Part shown: piece after piece, positions 28,001-40,400 of the stretch
How positions within the stretch are numbered: the stretch's first letter is position 1
How the letters are laid out: the number at the start of each line of letters is the position of its first letter
DNA from: Hydrolagus colliei
Lineage: Eukaryota
NCBI GenBank assembly: GCA_035084275.1
Contig: CM068748.1
Span: 4,154,001 to 4,218,000, forward strand
Length of the DNA stretch: 64,000 bases
Reading direction: 5' to 3'
Translations under genes and position numbers: made by a program
Notes under the pieces: generated by a model
What the model saw: only the letters and a program-made list of their open reading frames with translations
What the model was told of the DNA's origin: nothing
Databases searched by the model: none

Positions 28001-30346
28001 TTTATAATATATATCTGTTACAGTATATAATAAGTCTATTCCTGCTTGCCGCTATCCTTTATTTAATTACTCAAAATTATTTTTGCAAACATTATTCAAA
28101 TTTATTATGTGGTTGAAAAAATGCTACTGTGATAGTCTGCAGAAAATAAACTGCCCTGAGGGTTAATACAGTCAAGAAGTAAAGAAGTGTTTTGGACATG
28201 TACACAACATATGTTTTACTGCTATAATTAAATGAGGTGGACTGGGACTTAATACATATGGACTTTGAATTGCCTAAATTTAGATTAATACTATTTGAAA
28301 ACTTTCTACCAAATTAGACACTGAAAGGTTAGATTTGTGAAAGACAATGCACAGACTTGCTACACAGTATAACCATCGACAGTGATCCCAGGAAAAATAC
28401 CAAATCATTTTTTTTTATAAAAGAAAAATGACATCTTTAAAAAGAACAGCTGTTTTTTAAATAGCAAAAACATAACATCGAAAGTAGTTTTTGAATAATG
28501 GAAAAAGCTGTGACATACTGACCCTGGCTAACAACAACATGTTCCAAAAGTCGAACTTTTCCCGTGGGCGCACTGCACCCCCTTTCCCCTCTCCCCCCCT
28601 CCATCCTTCCCTATCCACCCCCTGCCCACCACGAGCACTACCACCACAGTAGCAACGAATTGCCTATTCTCCAAACAACAGTAAATATTTATCAAACATT
28701 AACTCACAATTGTGGACAAGCAGCCAGAAAAGAATTTTCACAAATTCAGGAAACACTTGAGAGGTAAAACCAACATCCTGAGACAGGAGACAGGCAAGCC
28801 TTTGACACCAGGTTGGTGCTGAAACGACTGGAGAACCTTTAGACAGGAAGAGCCTGTCGTTGGGTCAGGACAAGAGGGACACAGAAACAAGGCAAAGGCG
28901 AACAGAACTTTCCATGCTCCATCACTACCAATGAGTTTTTTTTTCATGGGAAATTAGTCTTCAAGAGTTTAAATTTGCTGAACTGTACGAAAATCGAAAC
29001 TGGAATCAGCAGTAATTGTATTACTGTAGATGCCTGCTAATGGGTACCCTGTTAATATGAATGTTCATTTAAAGGGAACATTTGCTCAGGCACCAATTAA
29101 TTCCCCATACATTCTTCACTGTTTGCTTAATCAAAATGATTGGATAAAGGAAATGTTTTCCTTGCCACAGGGGTGATCTTGCTTTGAGGCCTTTATTGTT
29201 CTGAAAATTATTTGGAATCATTTGCGCAAAATAAGAGATGCGAATTGCTGCAAATTGATAGATATTTTTTTTAAAACTTGCCTCTCGCAAATTCTATACC
29301 GTATTCAGCCTTCAAATTCTGAATGTGACGAACACTCACGTTTTGCTCCAGGTTTTGAAAAAGAATATTTTTTTTAAAAAAAGGGAAAAACAACAAATAT
29401 GTTGTTTTATATCTGCTGGGATTTGTTTCCCACTTCAAAATTATCCCTGGTAGAAATTTCTCTTATTAGGTGTTTTAAATAATTGTTACATCCCCCAATT
29501 TTTTTTAAAAAATTATATAAAATAATTGATGATGCAATGTAAATGGTAACATCGTGAAAAAATAGCTATTCTGCTCTGTGAAGAAGAGAGTGACTCATAC
29601 ATATTATTGCACTGGTGTTAATAGTTTGTTGCTGGAAACTACATGGAACTACTAATGACTGGGGTCTGAAACAATGGAATAAAATTACAGGCAAGCTGCC
29701 ATTAATAAACCAGAAAATAAATCCCGGTTCCTGCACATTTTTGAAAATGTGTGGCGCTCTCAGAGGTCCTTTCATTTTAACCAAATCAGGGAAACTTGTC
29801 CTCAATGCAGTGAGGCAGATGGAACAATAAATCACGGAAGCCATCGACTGCCTGCAGTGTGCTCACCGCAGCTGTCACTTTTTTGTCTCTTTGGTTTTAG
29901 CTGACATGGTTTTAGGTCCACTGTGAACCAATCTGGACTTTTTTTACAGTCATATCCATCAAACTGGCTAGTAACCATCAACCTACTGCAGCGATCGATT
30001 CGTTCAGTTATTCTCACGCATAGCCAATGCTGTGCTCTCTAGGTGAGACATGGGAGACGCACCTCATTTTAGCTTTTGCCTGAAGCTACAGCTGTGATTT
30101 CAGAGCAATCTTTGCCAACGTTATTAAAGTTGCATCATGATGAAGATCAAGCAACCCAGATTGCATGATTTCTGACAACCCTCGCTCGTCCTCCCTCCCC
30201 TACAAAACAAGCAGTGTTATATATCTCGCGCTGTAACTAAGACATTGTCTTCAAACTTTTACTCTTGTGGTGTAAAGAAGGATATTTTTGCGTATAACCT
30301 TAGCTGTCGTTATAAAGGTCAGTCCTTGACCATCAGTTATTATTTC

Positions 30347-30366
30347 TGTCCAGTTGGTGGCGCTCT
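30347..30366 (+). promoter_or_regulatory. Candidate CTCF binding site
   Basis: tgtccagttggtggcgctct is close to the CTCF core CCAS(C/T)AG(A/G)(G/T)GGC(A/G)C, with one clear core mismatch (T for A). Confidence 0.5.
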
Positions 30367-30698
30367 CGTGTCAGCAATCCTTCAGTTTGGTTATAATGAC
30401 ATGCACTGTGCCAAACTAGCACAGGAAAAAGATATAACTCTCTAAATTAAAACCTGAATTAAAACCTGCTGTTTCCTCTGCAATAATGTGAAATGTGATT
30501 TCAGCCACCAAGAAGTCTGCAAAATATAAATGTCACCTGCTTTTAGTGATGTAAATCCCTGAAGTGGATTGTTACACATTTTATACAGTTTTCCTTCCAC
30601 CTTGTAGCGGAAGTTGAAGTGTTTCCAATTTCATAGTAATGACCTTTAAAACAGATTTTGAATATCATAGTAATTAAACTGTGTCAAACAACTTTTTT

Positions 30699-30747
30699 GG
30701 GGGTGGTGGGGGGCGGAGGGAAGGGGTGGGAGGTTGGGGGCGGGTGG
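30699..30747 (+). repeat. G-tract cluster (potential G-quadruplex)
   Basis: Seven runs of 3 or more G within 49 bp. Confidence 0.6.
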
Positions 30748-33700
30748 CTCCCAAAGAAGGGATAAAATATCTTCGCAACCTATACCAACATACCGCACAC
30801 TATTCAAACTGTTTGCACAGACTCTTCAAGAGATTTCGAAACAAATCCTATTGAATCATTTAAGGCGTCTATTGTATCCTATGCAGATTAAACTTTGCTC
30901 CATTTGGGACGACGGGGCAGGCTTGGCGATTTGTACTACAAAGACGAGCGGACAATGGATTGCCGTCCGTTGCGTTTGTGTGTGTACGCTTACATATAAC
31001 ATTTTAATAACATTAGCAGTAAATTGTTTCTGCCAAGAAGAAAGATAAAGGAAGGCCGGTTGCCCAGGTGTCATTTTCTATAAGTGAAGAAGTCACAGCT
31101 TTGGGAAGTGCTGTACTTTCTGGCAGCACTTATGTGACACTTTTCTGTGTAAAATCCATGACACATTTCCAAATACCAGAAGATGCCTATGCAGCTCAGG
31201 GGAGTCCTTTGCTGTGAGTGAAATGTAAGGTCACAGACATGCCTTGCTATTTCAAAAGTTGCAGAACTGTTGTGTTGTTGGAGGTTAGTAAACCGAGCAC
31301 AAAAGCTTTCTGCAGCAAAGGGACAGGGGAAGAGATTCTTCATAGAAAACATTCACTTCAGGGTCTCAAAGCTCTGCTCTTGGCAAAACGGAGGTCAAAT
31401 TACCTATGTAGATGTGCAGCCACTGTTACTTTCAATAGAAAAAGAAAAGGCAGTCTTGGTCACTCTTTCACCTGGAAGACAGATCATCTCTTTTTACATC
31501 TCAGCTCAGAGGGCCATTAATTCCTCTTAAAGCTTCTTTTTAAGCTGGGGGGGGAAAAAAAAGTTGAAAGTAAGATATTAACTTTCAGGTTCTGAAAAGG
31601 GCCTCATCTCAGCCTTTAGATGCTCAAGTACCATCTATTGCTAGTGTGAAATCCAATAGTATCAGAGAAAGGAAAGCCAGCTAATTAGTGGCAAACAGAT
31701 GAGAGCACATTCATAACAGGCTATGGTCGAGATGATGAATGTCGCTATGCATCTTGTAACATTTACAAGGATACTGAGAAGGCAAGCAGGGTGTGATAAC
31801 ATGGCAGGAAGCAGAAGAATGATTCATTCCTTCATAGTCTGCCCCATGTTCCATGGATCACCGACCTGTCCTAAAGTCCCATAAACTGCTAGTCAAAGAT
31901 GACATTGTTCAGCCTTCTCACTAAAGTCTCTGAAAGAGCAGTGCAGCGTGCAAACTGAGGTCCAGTTATTGTCTTTTAAACTAAACTGTAACCCGATGTA
32001 TCCTGGGCTTCTCTTGTGATTGTACCTTAAAGTCTTCTTTCTTTAAAAATAAAGCCAATAAAGAACGGTAAGGAGTGGGGAGTGGGGTGGGTGGGGGGGG
32101 CCTTGAGATCTGTGCAGGTTCTGAAGGCAATATCCCTAGTCAAACAAAAAATGTAATAGATGCGTTATGACAAAAATTCTGTGCATTTACCTCCCAGCTT
32201 TAGCTTTCTGCTTTTAATGTGCCTGCTCTGTCATTCTGTCAAAACTTTTATTAGCAATTGCAGATGTCCCTGTGCTGTTATAATACATTGGTGTTCAATG
32301 TGCCCCATTATTGATATACTGTAAGGAAATAAAAAAGAATAAAAATGGCCTTAAATTAAATGCCTGAATGTTTACAAAGGAACATGACATCCTTAAAATG
32401 ATTGTGGGAAATGGGATTGTAGATTCCTGCACGCATTTCTTTAAATGTATTACAATCAGTGAAAATGTGTGGTAAACAAAAGAGAAAATTAAATATTTTT
32501 GAAACAAACGAACAGCGGAGAGAAAGCCATAGAAACCAGTGTCCCTCCTCGAAGTGGAATTGTTATAATCTGCTTTATTGCAGAATGCATGTGTATCAAG
32601 TTCTCTTCAAACGCAAACTTTTGTGAGTTTGAAATTAAATTTTGGCAGCAGAACACAGTGCAGTTAATCTACAAAACTGGCAAACAGCAGTGCATCATGA
32701 GTAAAGATTAAAGGAATGTAATCTCTGAATTCTGCAGTTTGTACATTTTTTGTCCCAGAAATATCTTGTCTATTGGTAAGGATTTAGAATTTCAGTTATC
32801 TACAGGACTTCAGGAGCCCCAGTTTGGCTTTTAAAAGAATGCCACCTCTTCGATCCTTTCCTCACGCATCTTCATGTGACAAACCGCGATGTCACCTCAG
32901 CGTGTTTTCCTAACTTGTCTTATTTTGCGCTACCGAGCCGAGGCATTGTTTCAGGCAGGAGGTGACATGTTAATAGCTTAATAGTATAATCTCACAAATG
33001 ATAATATGCTGTCACACCGTCTGAAGCAAAATGTTTACAAGAAAAGTGGTAATATATGATGACAGTAATTTGAACAAAAATGAATTTACTGCTGTTGTCT
33101 CATTTGCAGTAAATTTTCACATCTTTCATGCACAACTTGCGCTCCGTGACCTCATCTCATTATTGTGTTCTGTGTGGCTGATGAATGCTTTAAAGTGAAA
33201 GGCAGGCAAATGAAACAGAAACCTGCAGCTTAATAACTGATTTCAGAAGTTCGCACTGTGGTTTGAATGAATTTCACTTAATTTGTTCGGCAGACAGATG
33301 TGGTGTCAACCTGACTGATTAATTAATACCAGCTAGAACTGCCCATTAAAATTCAGGCACTATCTGATATGATTATGTTTTGACAATTTACAAAATTATT
33401 TTCCATATTAAAATGTGTTAAAAAAAATCAGCTCTCTTGTGCAATGCTTAACGGAATTGAAAGACTCGGAATCTCAGCTTCCTTCCACTCCGATGAAATA
33501 GAGCTTCAGAAAAAAGAATGATGATGTTTTACTTCAATGCTAAGCTAGTAACAATCACGAGTGCATCCTTTTAGCCACACTGGAGTATTTCATTGCAAGG
33601 AGAATACGGAGCCTCCCACAAGCACATTGTACAAGTGCCATAGATATGATCTCTAGAGCAGGGTGACATCCTAACTAATACATGGATTAAATCCTCCCTG

Positions 33701-34202
33701 CTCAGAGGGTTAGAAGTTCAATAATTACAGTACATTCATTTCATCTTCTGGGAAGTGCATGTTGACTCAATTCATTTTGGTTTAAGAATGCTGTACAATA
33801 CCGTTCACCTTTTTTTAAAAAAAGAACAGCAGACACCAAATCTGACTTTTGTCCTTGCTTTTGTGAGCAGCCGTTAGTTAAAACCCCAGGATGAGTTTTT
33901 AATGAGAGTTTTATTACTTTATTAGAGAGTGAAAGTGAAAACAGCATTAATGCAATGTCTGAGGCCACATGATGAGGGAACATGCATCAATACACTCTAA
34001 TGTATAGAGATTGTGGGCTCGATTTTTCACTCAATTACAAAGCAATCTCCACTTCTGTCATAGGTACAAGTGGAGAGTGTGCATCTGCAGTAATATCATG
34101 GTAGAGTACTTAGCCCTGATCCATCTGTGTTGTTGCAATGGGATTGTGGAGCAACAACTGTGCAGATGGATAGATGTTTTTCCTTTGGAGGAGGACAGCA
34201 CT

Positions 34203-34270
34203 AACAACAACAACAAATTTATTTATGTAGTGTCTTTCACGTCGGGATGACGTCCCAAAGTGCCTTTCAC
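34203..34270 (-). mobile_element. L2-type 3' tail remnant
   Basis: (aac)n-aaatttatttatgtagtgtctttcacgtc..gtcccaaagtgc is the reverse complement of the L2 tail. Confidence 0.65.
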
Positions 34271-34927
34271 TAACAGCATGCGGCTTTTCCGCTTGCCACT
34301 ATGACAGATTCAAACAATTGTAAACAAGCTTCACTTTTTGTTTTCAATTGACTAAACTAAAAAGTACACCAGTAGTGTAATCCTATCCTCTCGTCTATAA
34401 GAATTCCTGAAACAGACTCTAAACATTATTGCAAGTTAATACATGTATCAACATGATGGGAGTGCGCATCTTACAGCAGCAATTTGCAGACTACGTTTAC
34501 ATTCACACATTTATTTACCCACAATGTTGTTTGAAGCAAGAGTGGTGTATCTGCAATGACTGTTTATTTGTTTTGTCCCTATTACTAGAAGCACTTTGGT
34601 AACATGACGATTACATTGGAGAAGATGTAATTTAGGAACCCATAAAAGAGTGCTAACGTTATTCTGATCAGGAGCGAGTAGGCTAGTCATCGCTTCTGGT
34701 AGGAAGAGAGCTGGATTTTGCTGCTAATACCTGAATACATCCCACTCACACGTACCACTGGCAGCAAAATTCCTTTGGTTCAAAGTTATTATTATTAGTT
34801 TGTGAATCTGAGACAGAAAACCGAAGAAGTACAGATATGTGCTACCATCTGAAGCTTGAGCCTCACAGTGAAAATGGCTTCTGTATAAATGTCCAAACTT
34901 GCCGGGCAAGCCAAGATGATATACTTA

Positions 34928-35038
34928 ATATACAGTCAATTCACTTTACAGTATATTCTGCAAAGTGCTTTGAGACATCTCGAAGATGTGATAAGGCGCT
35001 ATATCAAATAGAAGGATTATTATGATGATTATTATTAT
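34928..35038 (+). mobile_element. SINE 3' portion with (ATT)n tail
   Basis: tacagtcaattcactttacagtatattctg..gctttgagacatctcgaagatgtgataaggcgctatatcaaat, as in 44230-44321. Confidence 0.8.
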
Positions 35039-36821
35039 CCATGTAATAAATGTGCACCCTGGGCAGGATTATGCAACATCAGTTTTCAGGTATGCTCTTT
35101 TGATTGTTGAGTCTGTTAAGTGTGTTTGCTTACTATGAGTTGGTTTCTCAGTGTAATACTAGGGTGTGTGGCAGTGGTAATCAGCACCTGGACTTGATTT
35201 CTCACTGTTGAATGAGCGTCAGTGTTAGGGGCAACTCAACGCTCCCCTTAACACCGCTCCAGACAGTTATTTCTGTTTTTTTCACAAATATCCCACCTGC
35301 CCCCATGAGCAATCTGCCTCAGAAAGGACAGGACTCCAGCTGTCTCAGGCAACAGCAACCACAAGTCTGATTCTGACTCGTTTTAGAAATATTTTTTCTG
35401 GCCTACGCTATACCGCTGGGCTCGGACACCTATGCACTGTGCCAGCTCTACGCATTTTTTTTGGGAGGAATAAACTGAACCCTGCCAGAAGTAAATTAAA
35501 AATCTTTCAATGAACGACTCTCTGCCCCAACTGAAAAATAACCAGAGTGCTGCCCTGGTGTATAAGGGCCATTAAGTTTTCACTTTTCACTTTATCCCAT
35601 CCTGCAAATTTACCCATAAAAGTTTTGTGAGTGTGTGCACATGTGTATGTGTGTGTGTGGGGGGAGGAGATGATGGGGGGGGAAGGGAGGGTTAGGCCAA
35701 GGTGGAATTGATATACCAGTAACTGCTAAGTGATCACCTTTGACAATGTATGCTTTACAGTGAGGATTTCCCATTATAAGGCAATTTTCACTAGAGCCAT
35801 AGGCACAAACGGAGAGATTGCTTGCACAATTGTGAGTGCTGTGATATTTTGTCCAATTTAGCAATCTTAAAAGAAATGTTATTTCCCCCAATTCCAGCTT
35901 TAGTTCTCCAAACAAAAGCCTCATGTACAGACCTTGTGACAGGGATATAAAGGGACCTGTGCCTTTAAAATGTTTTTTATGATTGATCCGTAGAAAAGAT
36001 GGGTTAAGAATGGCCCCTTTAACTTCCAACAGGTTGTGTGGCCTTTGTCTCCACGCTTCAGTGTAAAATGGTGGAACTGACATGAAAGAGCAATAGAAGA
36101 ACATGCACATTACATATTCATCTGGTGACAATCAATACCACGTTGCACTGTAATGCACAGTTCAGTTTATCCAACATATGCTACAAGGTTGCTCATAGTG
36201 TTTGTTAGTGCTGACCCTAACAAACTAGAGCTCTTGCCTCCGTTCTTTTTCTGAGCCGCACAGAAAGTGTGAAGGGCACGTTACAGAGAGAGTGTTTTAA
36301 ACGGTTTCTCTATTAGTGCAGGAGTTATAAAGCAGCTTTCAGGTTTCGACTTGAAACCCCATGAAATTCGGATATTCATGAAGTTCAAGCTGAAAATAAG
36401 ATGCCAACCCTTTAGGCAAGCACACGAACCTCCTCAGACCCCTAGGAAACGCAGGCACATCTCCCACTATATCGCTAGGGAACACAAATATGGATCAGAT
36501 GTTTCCCCCTCCACTAGAAGCACTGGGGTTTGGATGCCTTCCATGCTAGACCTTCAGGAATATACACAGATTTATCTATTTAAAACGACTCCTACCTGTA
36601 TTGCTGCGGCAATGGCATGAATGAGGAAAAAATAGAATCTGTCCATCATATTATCACTTGTATCACTTGTAAATAAGCCTATTTCAAAACAGATTGCCAA
36701 TCATCTAATGCAGCAGTCCTTCTGAAGAGCCATTCAGAAACTCTGTTCTGATATGGATATATGACTGAGTGAAGTAATGAAGAGCAACACACTTGTAGAG
36801 TCTGAAAAGCACCGAATAAAA

Positions 36822-37377
36822 AACAACAACAACAAAATTACACTTGTATAGCGCCTTTCACGTCAGGAGGACAGCCCAAGGCGCTGGACAATCATTGTTT
36901 GAGACCTGAGCTGGGAACGGGGATGGGGAGGTTGGAGGGAAAGTGGGGGATTTGATATGACCGATGGGACCATCGAAGAGAAGGGTCTTGAGGCGGGACT
37001 TGAAGGAGGCCAGGGAGAAGTCAAGGCGAAGGGACTGTGGGATGGAGTTCCAGAGGTTGGGGGCAGAGTGGCTGAAGGCTCATACTGCCAATGGTAGGGC
37101 GAATAGGATGGAGGATGTGGAGCAGGCCAGAGCCTGCTGAGCGGAGGCGGTGGGCAGGTTGGCAAGGGTTTAGGAGGTTGCAAATGTAGGGTAGGGCAAG
37201 GCTGTAGAGGGCTTTGAATGTGAGTACCAGGATCTTGAATTGGATCCTCTGGGTGATGGGGAGCCAATGGAGTTGGGTGAGGATGGTGGAGATGGAGGTC
37301 ACAAAGCTTGGAGTGGTAGAGGACACAGGCTGCAGAGTTCTGGATTATCTGCAACCTATGGAGGGAGGAATTAGAGC
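36822..37377 (-). mobile_element. L2-clade LINE, 5'-truncated
   Basis: ORF-track peptides SSLHRLQIIQNSAACVL and ILTQLHWLPITQRIQFKILVLTFKALYSLALPYICNLL; ends tgaaaggcgctatacaagtgtaattttgttgttgtt. Confidence 0.92.
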
Positions 37378-37418
37378 ACAACAACAACAACAACAACAAA
37401 ATTGCATTTATAGAACTC
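37378..37418 (-). repeat. (CAA)n tract from a second L2-type tail directly 5' of the L2 copy
   Basis: Minus strand reads ggagttctataaatgcaattttgttgttgttgttgttgttgt. Confidence 0.7.
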
Positions 37419-40400
37419 CTACAAAACAAGTGTTAGAAAGGGACAATTATCAATCTTATAGTTGGTGAAAAGTCTTCCAGTTACCCTTTGTCAGCTTAAC
37501 CTTGCTGACCAGAGCATTTTGCAGTGTTTTTTGGCATTTGTTTCCCCAGTATGAAAACTTGAGCAGAACAGAGCTGCACAATCCTTGCTTTTACACACTC
37601 CTCACCAATAGCAAAAGTGAGTAATTGGTAGGAGTCATTCTGTTTAAGTCGTGGAATTTTTGTTACGCAAACAAAGTCCAATAAATCATTTTCCTGTCAT
37701 TCCACAAAGAAAATAACCCACGAGGAAATTGACCTAAAAGGCATGTTTCGACTGTGATGCTGGTTATATCTGCAAATGGGATCACGCGTGATTTGCTGCT
37801 GTTGTTGTTGTAGAGGATTTGAGCAGTTCACTGGTTGGTGCTTGTGAAAATGAAGATTGCTGAGAATATGGCACTACGTATGAATCAATATGTGGCTGAT
37901 TGTGAATGAATGTCCGATTCCAAAAAAGTCTGTAACTACAATTGAGAACACATGAAAAATGTTAAAATTCAGTTATGTTAAAACAACATTGAGCTGCATG
38001 ATATGAGCATATTTGTTAATGGGGAAAGCGGGGGGTTGTACTGAAATGGAAGGTAATTTTTGCAATTGAAGCATTATCATTAAAACCCTTTCTTTTTTTC
38101 AGACCCTACACCGTGACACTCAACTCCAGCTCAGCAGCATTCACCAGGATTCCCATGACTGGAAATACTTTCAAAAGCATTAATTCTGCTTACTGAGTGA
38201 CAGCTCTCAGGTTGATCCACCTAACTAATCAAGTGACAAAACTCTTAGCAGGAGGACTTCCTGAATGGCTAACTGCACTGTCAATCAAAAGCTGCTCATC
38301 CATCAAGTTGGGTTAACTTGTGTGTATGTACGGGAGGGGTGAGGCTTGGGGTTCTCTCTGAGTTTGAAAAGTGGTAGACTTGAGAGCTGTTTCAAATTGA
38401 TTTTTAATTATTTTATGTGGTGATTTTATTTATCTTGGCTTTGACCACTGTTTCGTATTTATTAAAAGTTTCTAGTTTTGAAAATTCTCCGCTGCCTTCA
38501 AATACACAGGGTGCAGTTTAATATGAATTGTTTTGTAGAACAAGCAGGTTTTGCCCCCGTGAAAAATTTAATATAACTTTACCGTGTTTATGCAAAGAGC
38601 AGCACAAAGTCCAGGGATGGAAACAATTGGGGGCAATCTGCCAACAAGAGCAATTATAATATATTATGTATATTTTTCTATATTAAGTCAGTGCAATTAA
38701 AACAATGATTTATAATGTATGACACAATTTAAGAATGTGATGGTCGGGTAGGGTGATACAATAGCTCCAATTTATAAAGTGAATCTCACACCAAAAAAAG
38801 AACAACAGTTATAGAAAATATAGAAATGAATTTCACTTAACTGTATCAAAGGTTTTTCCTTTGACTTGCCCCCCTACACACAGTATCGGATGGTAAAGTG
38901 CATTTACACTTTCTTTACAAATACATGCATCATTTTCATTTGCTACAATGCCCAATTTTTCCCCACATGCACGGCACACAAAGAAAAATATTGGGTGGGT
39001 TAAATCTGTGGTGCATTGAAAATAACAGCGGTTTAAATTTTCACAATGCTCCTCGTGAACTGCATGATTATTTCACGAATGCTGCCTGTGTTGATGCTGC
39101 AACTGTCCCAAGATATTGGGCTGCAGTTCACAGCACATCACCATGAGCTGCCTGCTGGAAGCACCAACACATTTTGTGAATTACAAAACGCTGTTTTGGC
39201 GGCGCTTCGCGAGATGAGATCTCGACATCATGGGACATAATTGTTCGTAACAACCATCGCAGCATAATGAACCGTTCGACAAAGTTACGGTCTGCGCGGG
39301 TGTGCACACAGACAAATTCATTCCATTGGAAGGAAAAAAGAACGGAGAGGAAAAATAAATGTTGCCCTGGCAATTTCATTTTACAATAATTTTGATTCCT
39401 TATGAGATACTGTATTAATGAATATTCCTGAAGGACCCCCACAACCAAACATATCTTATTATAGGACTTACATGTACAGATAGTACCAGTACCTCTCCGC
39501 TCCGCGCATATAGACTTACTGTGAGCAAAGCTTGTTTCTTCTCTTCCAGTGCAGCATATTACCAGGAAATGAACATTATTCCCTTGAAATCTACTAAGTC
39601 TTTGGCTGCTCCTTTCTAGCAATTACATGCACAACATAAAATTGATGATGTTGAGGCAAAGATTTATAATAAAAATAGGGTTTCAAAAAAAATCTGTCCA
39701 AATTGCACGAGGGTACTGGCTCACTGACTTGTGTTTGTAAATTATATTAACCCTTGGTTTCAAAGAAAAATAACTTGTTTCTTGTTCATTCCAGGTAATA
39801 AAACGAGCAAAAGGAAAATGTTCTCATATGATAAGAATCGGTACCTTCTATAATTAAACACAAAACGCATCGACAGGATAAACAAATAAAATAAAAAATA
39901 TATTATATACCATTTCAGTGTGGTATGGTTGGGCTTGAACTTCCACATGTATATAATTCTGTAATTAAATTACATATACCACAATACCCATATCTGGCGT
40001 GTTATGGAATACTTAGTCTGTAGTAATTAGCTTCCAAATGTCATTCAGAATTGTAAAGCAGGCTAAACTCATTGCTGTTAGTTGTTTCGCGACCGTGTAT
40101 TACATTAACATCTTTCCCTGTATGTGAGATGCATTATCAACATGCGTTTGTGAGTGTAACATAAACATGCCTCTCTGTACATTTTAACATTTACATTTTA
40201 ACATATTTAAATATTGCAGGCACTCAAATCACTTTTTGCCAAGAGACATATTTTAGACAAAATAATGTATATAATTTCCTTATTTTTATGTTACCGTTAA
40301 AAACTGTTTTTTCTTTACAAAATAGAATTGAAATGCTCGCATTTAACATTGAATAGTATTTTTATGACTATTTCTCTGAAATGCACAATTATTAATTAAA

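Noticed and set aside
29888-29910. miR-9-like tctttggtt..tagctg
   Set aside because: Only a partial match with an indel and no complementary star arm.
33178-33205. ctgatga..gaaa hammerhead-like spacing (also ctgatga at about 19743 and 18794)
   Set aside because: No proper stem II/III or NUH cleavage site.
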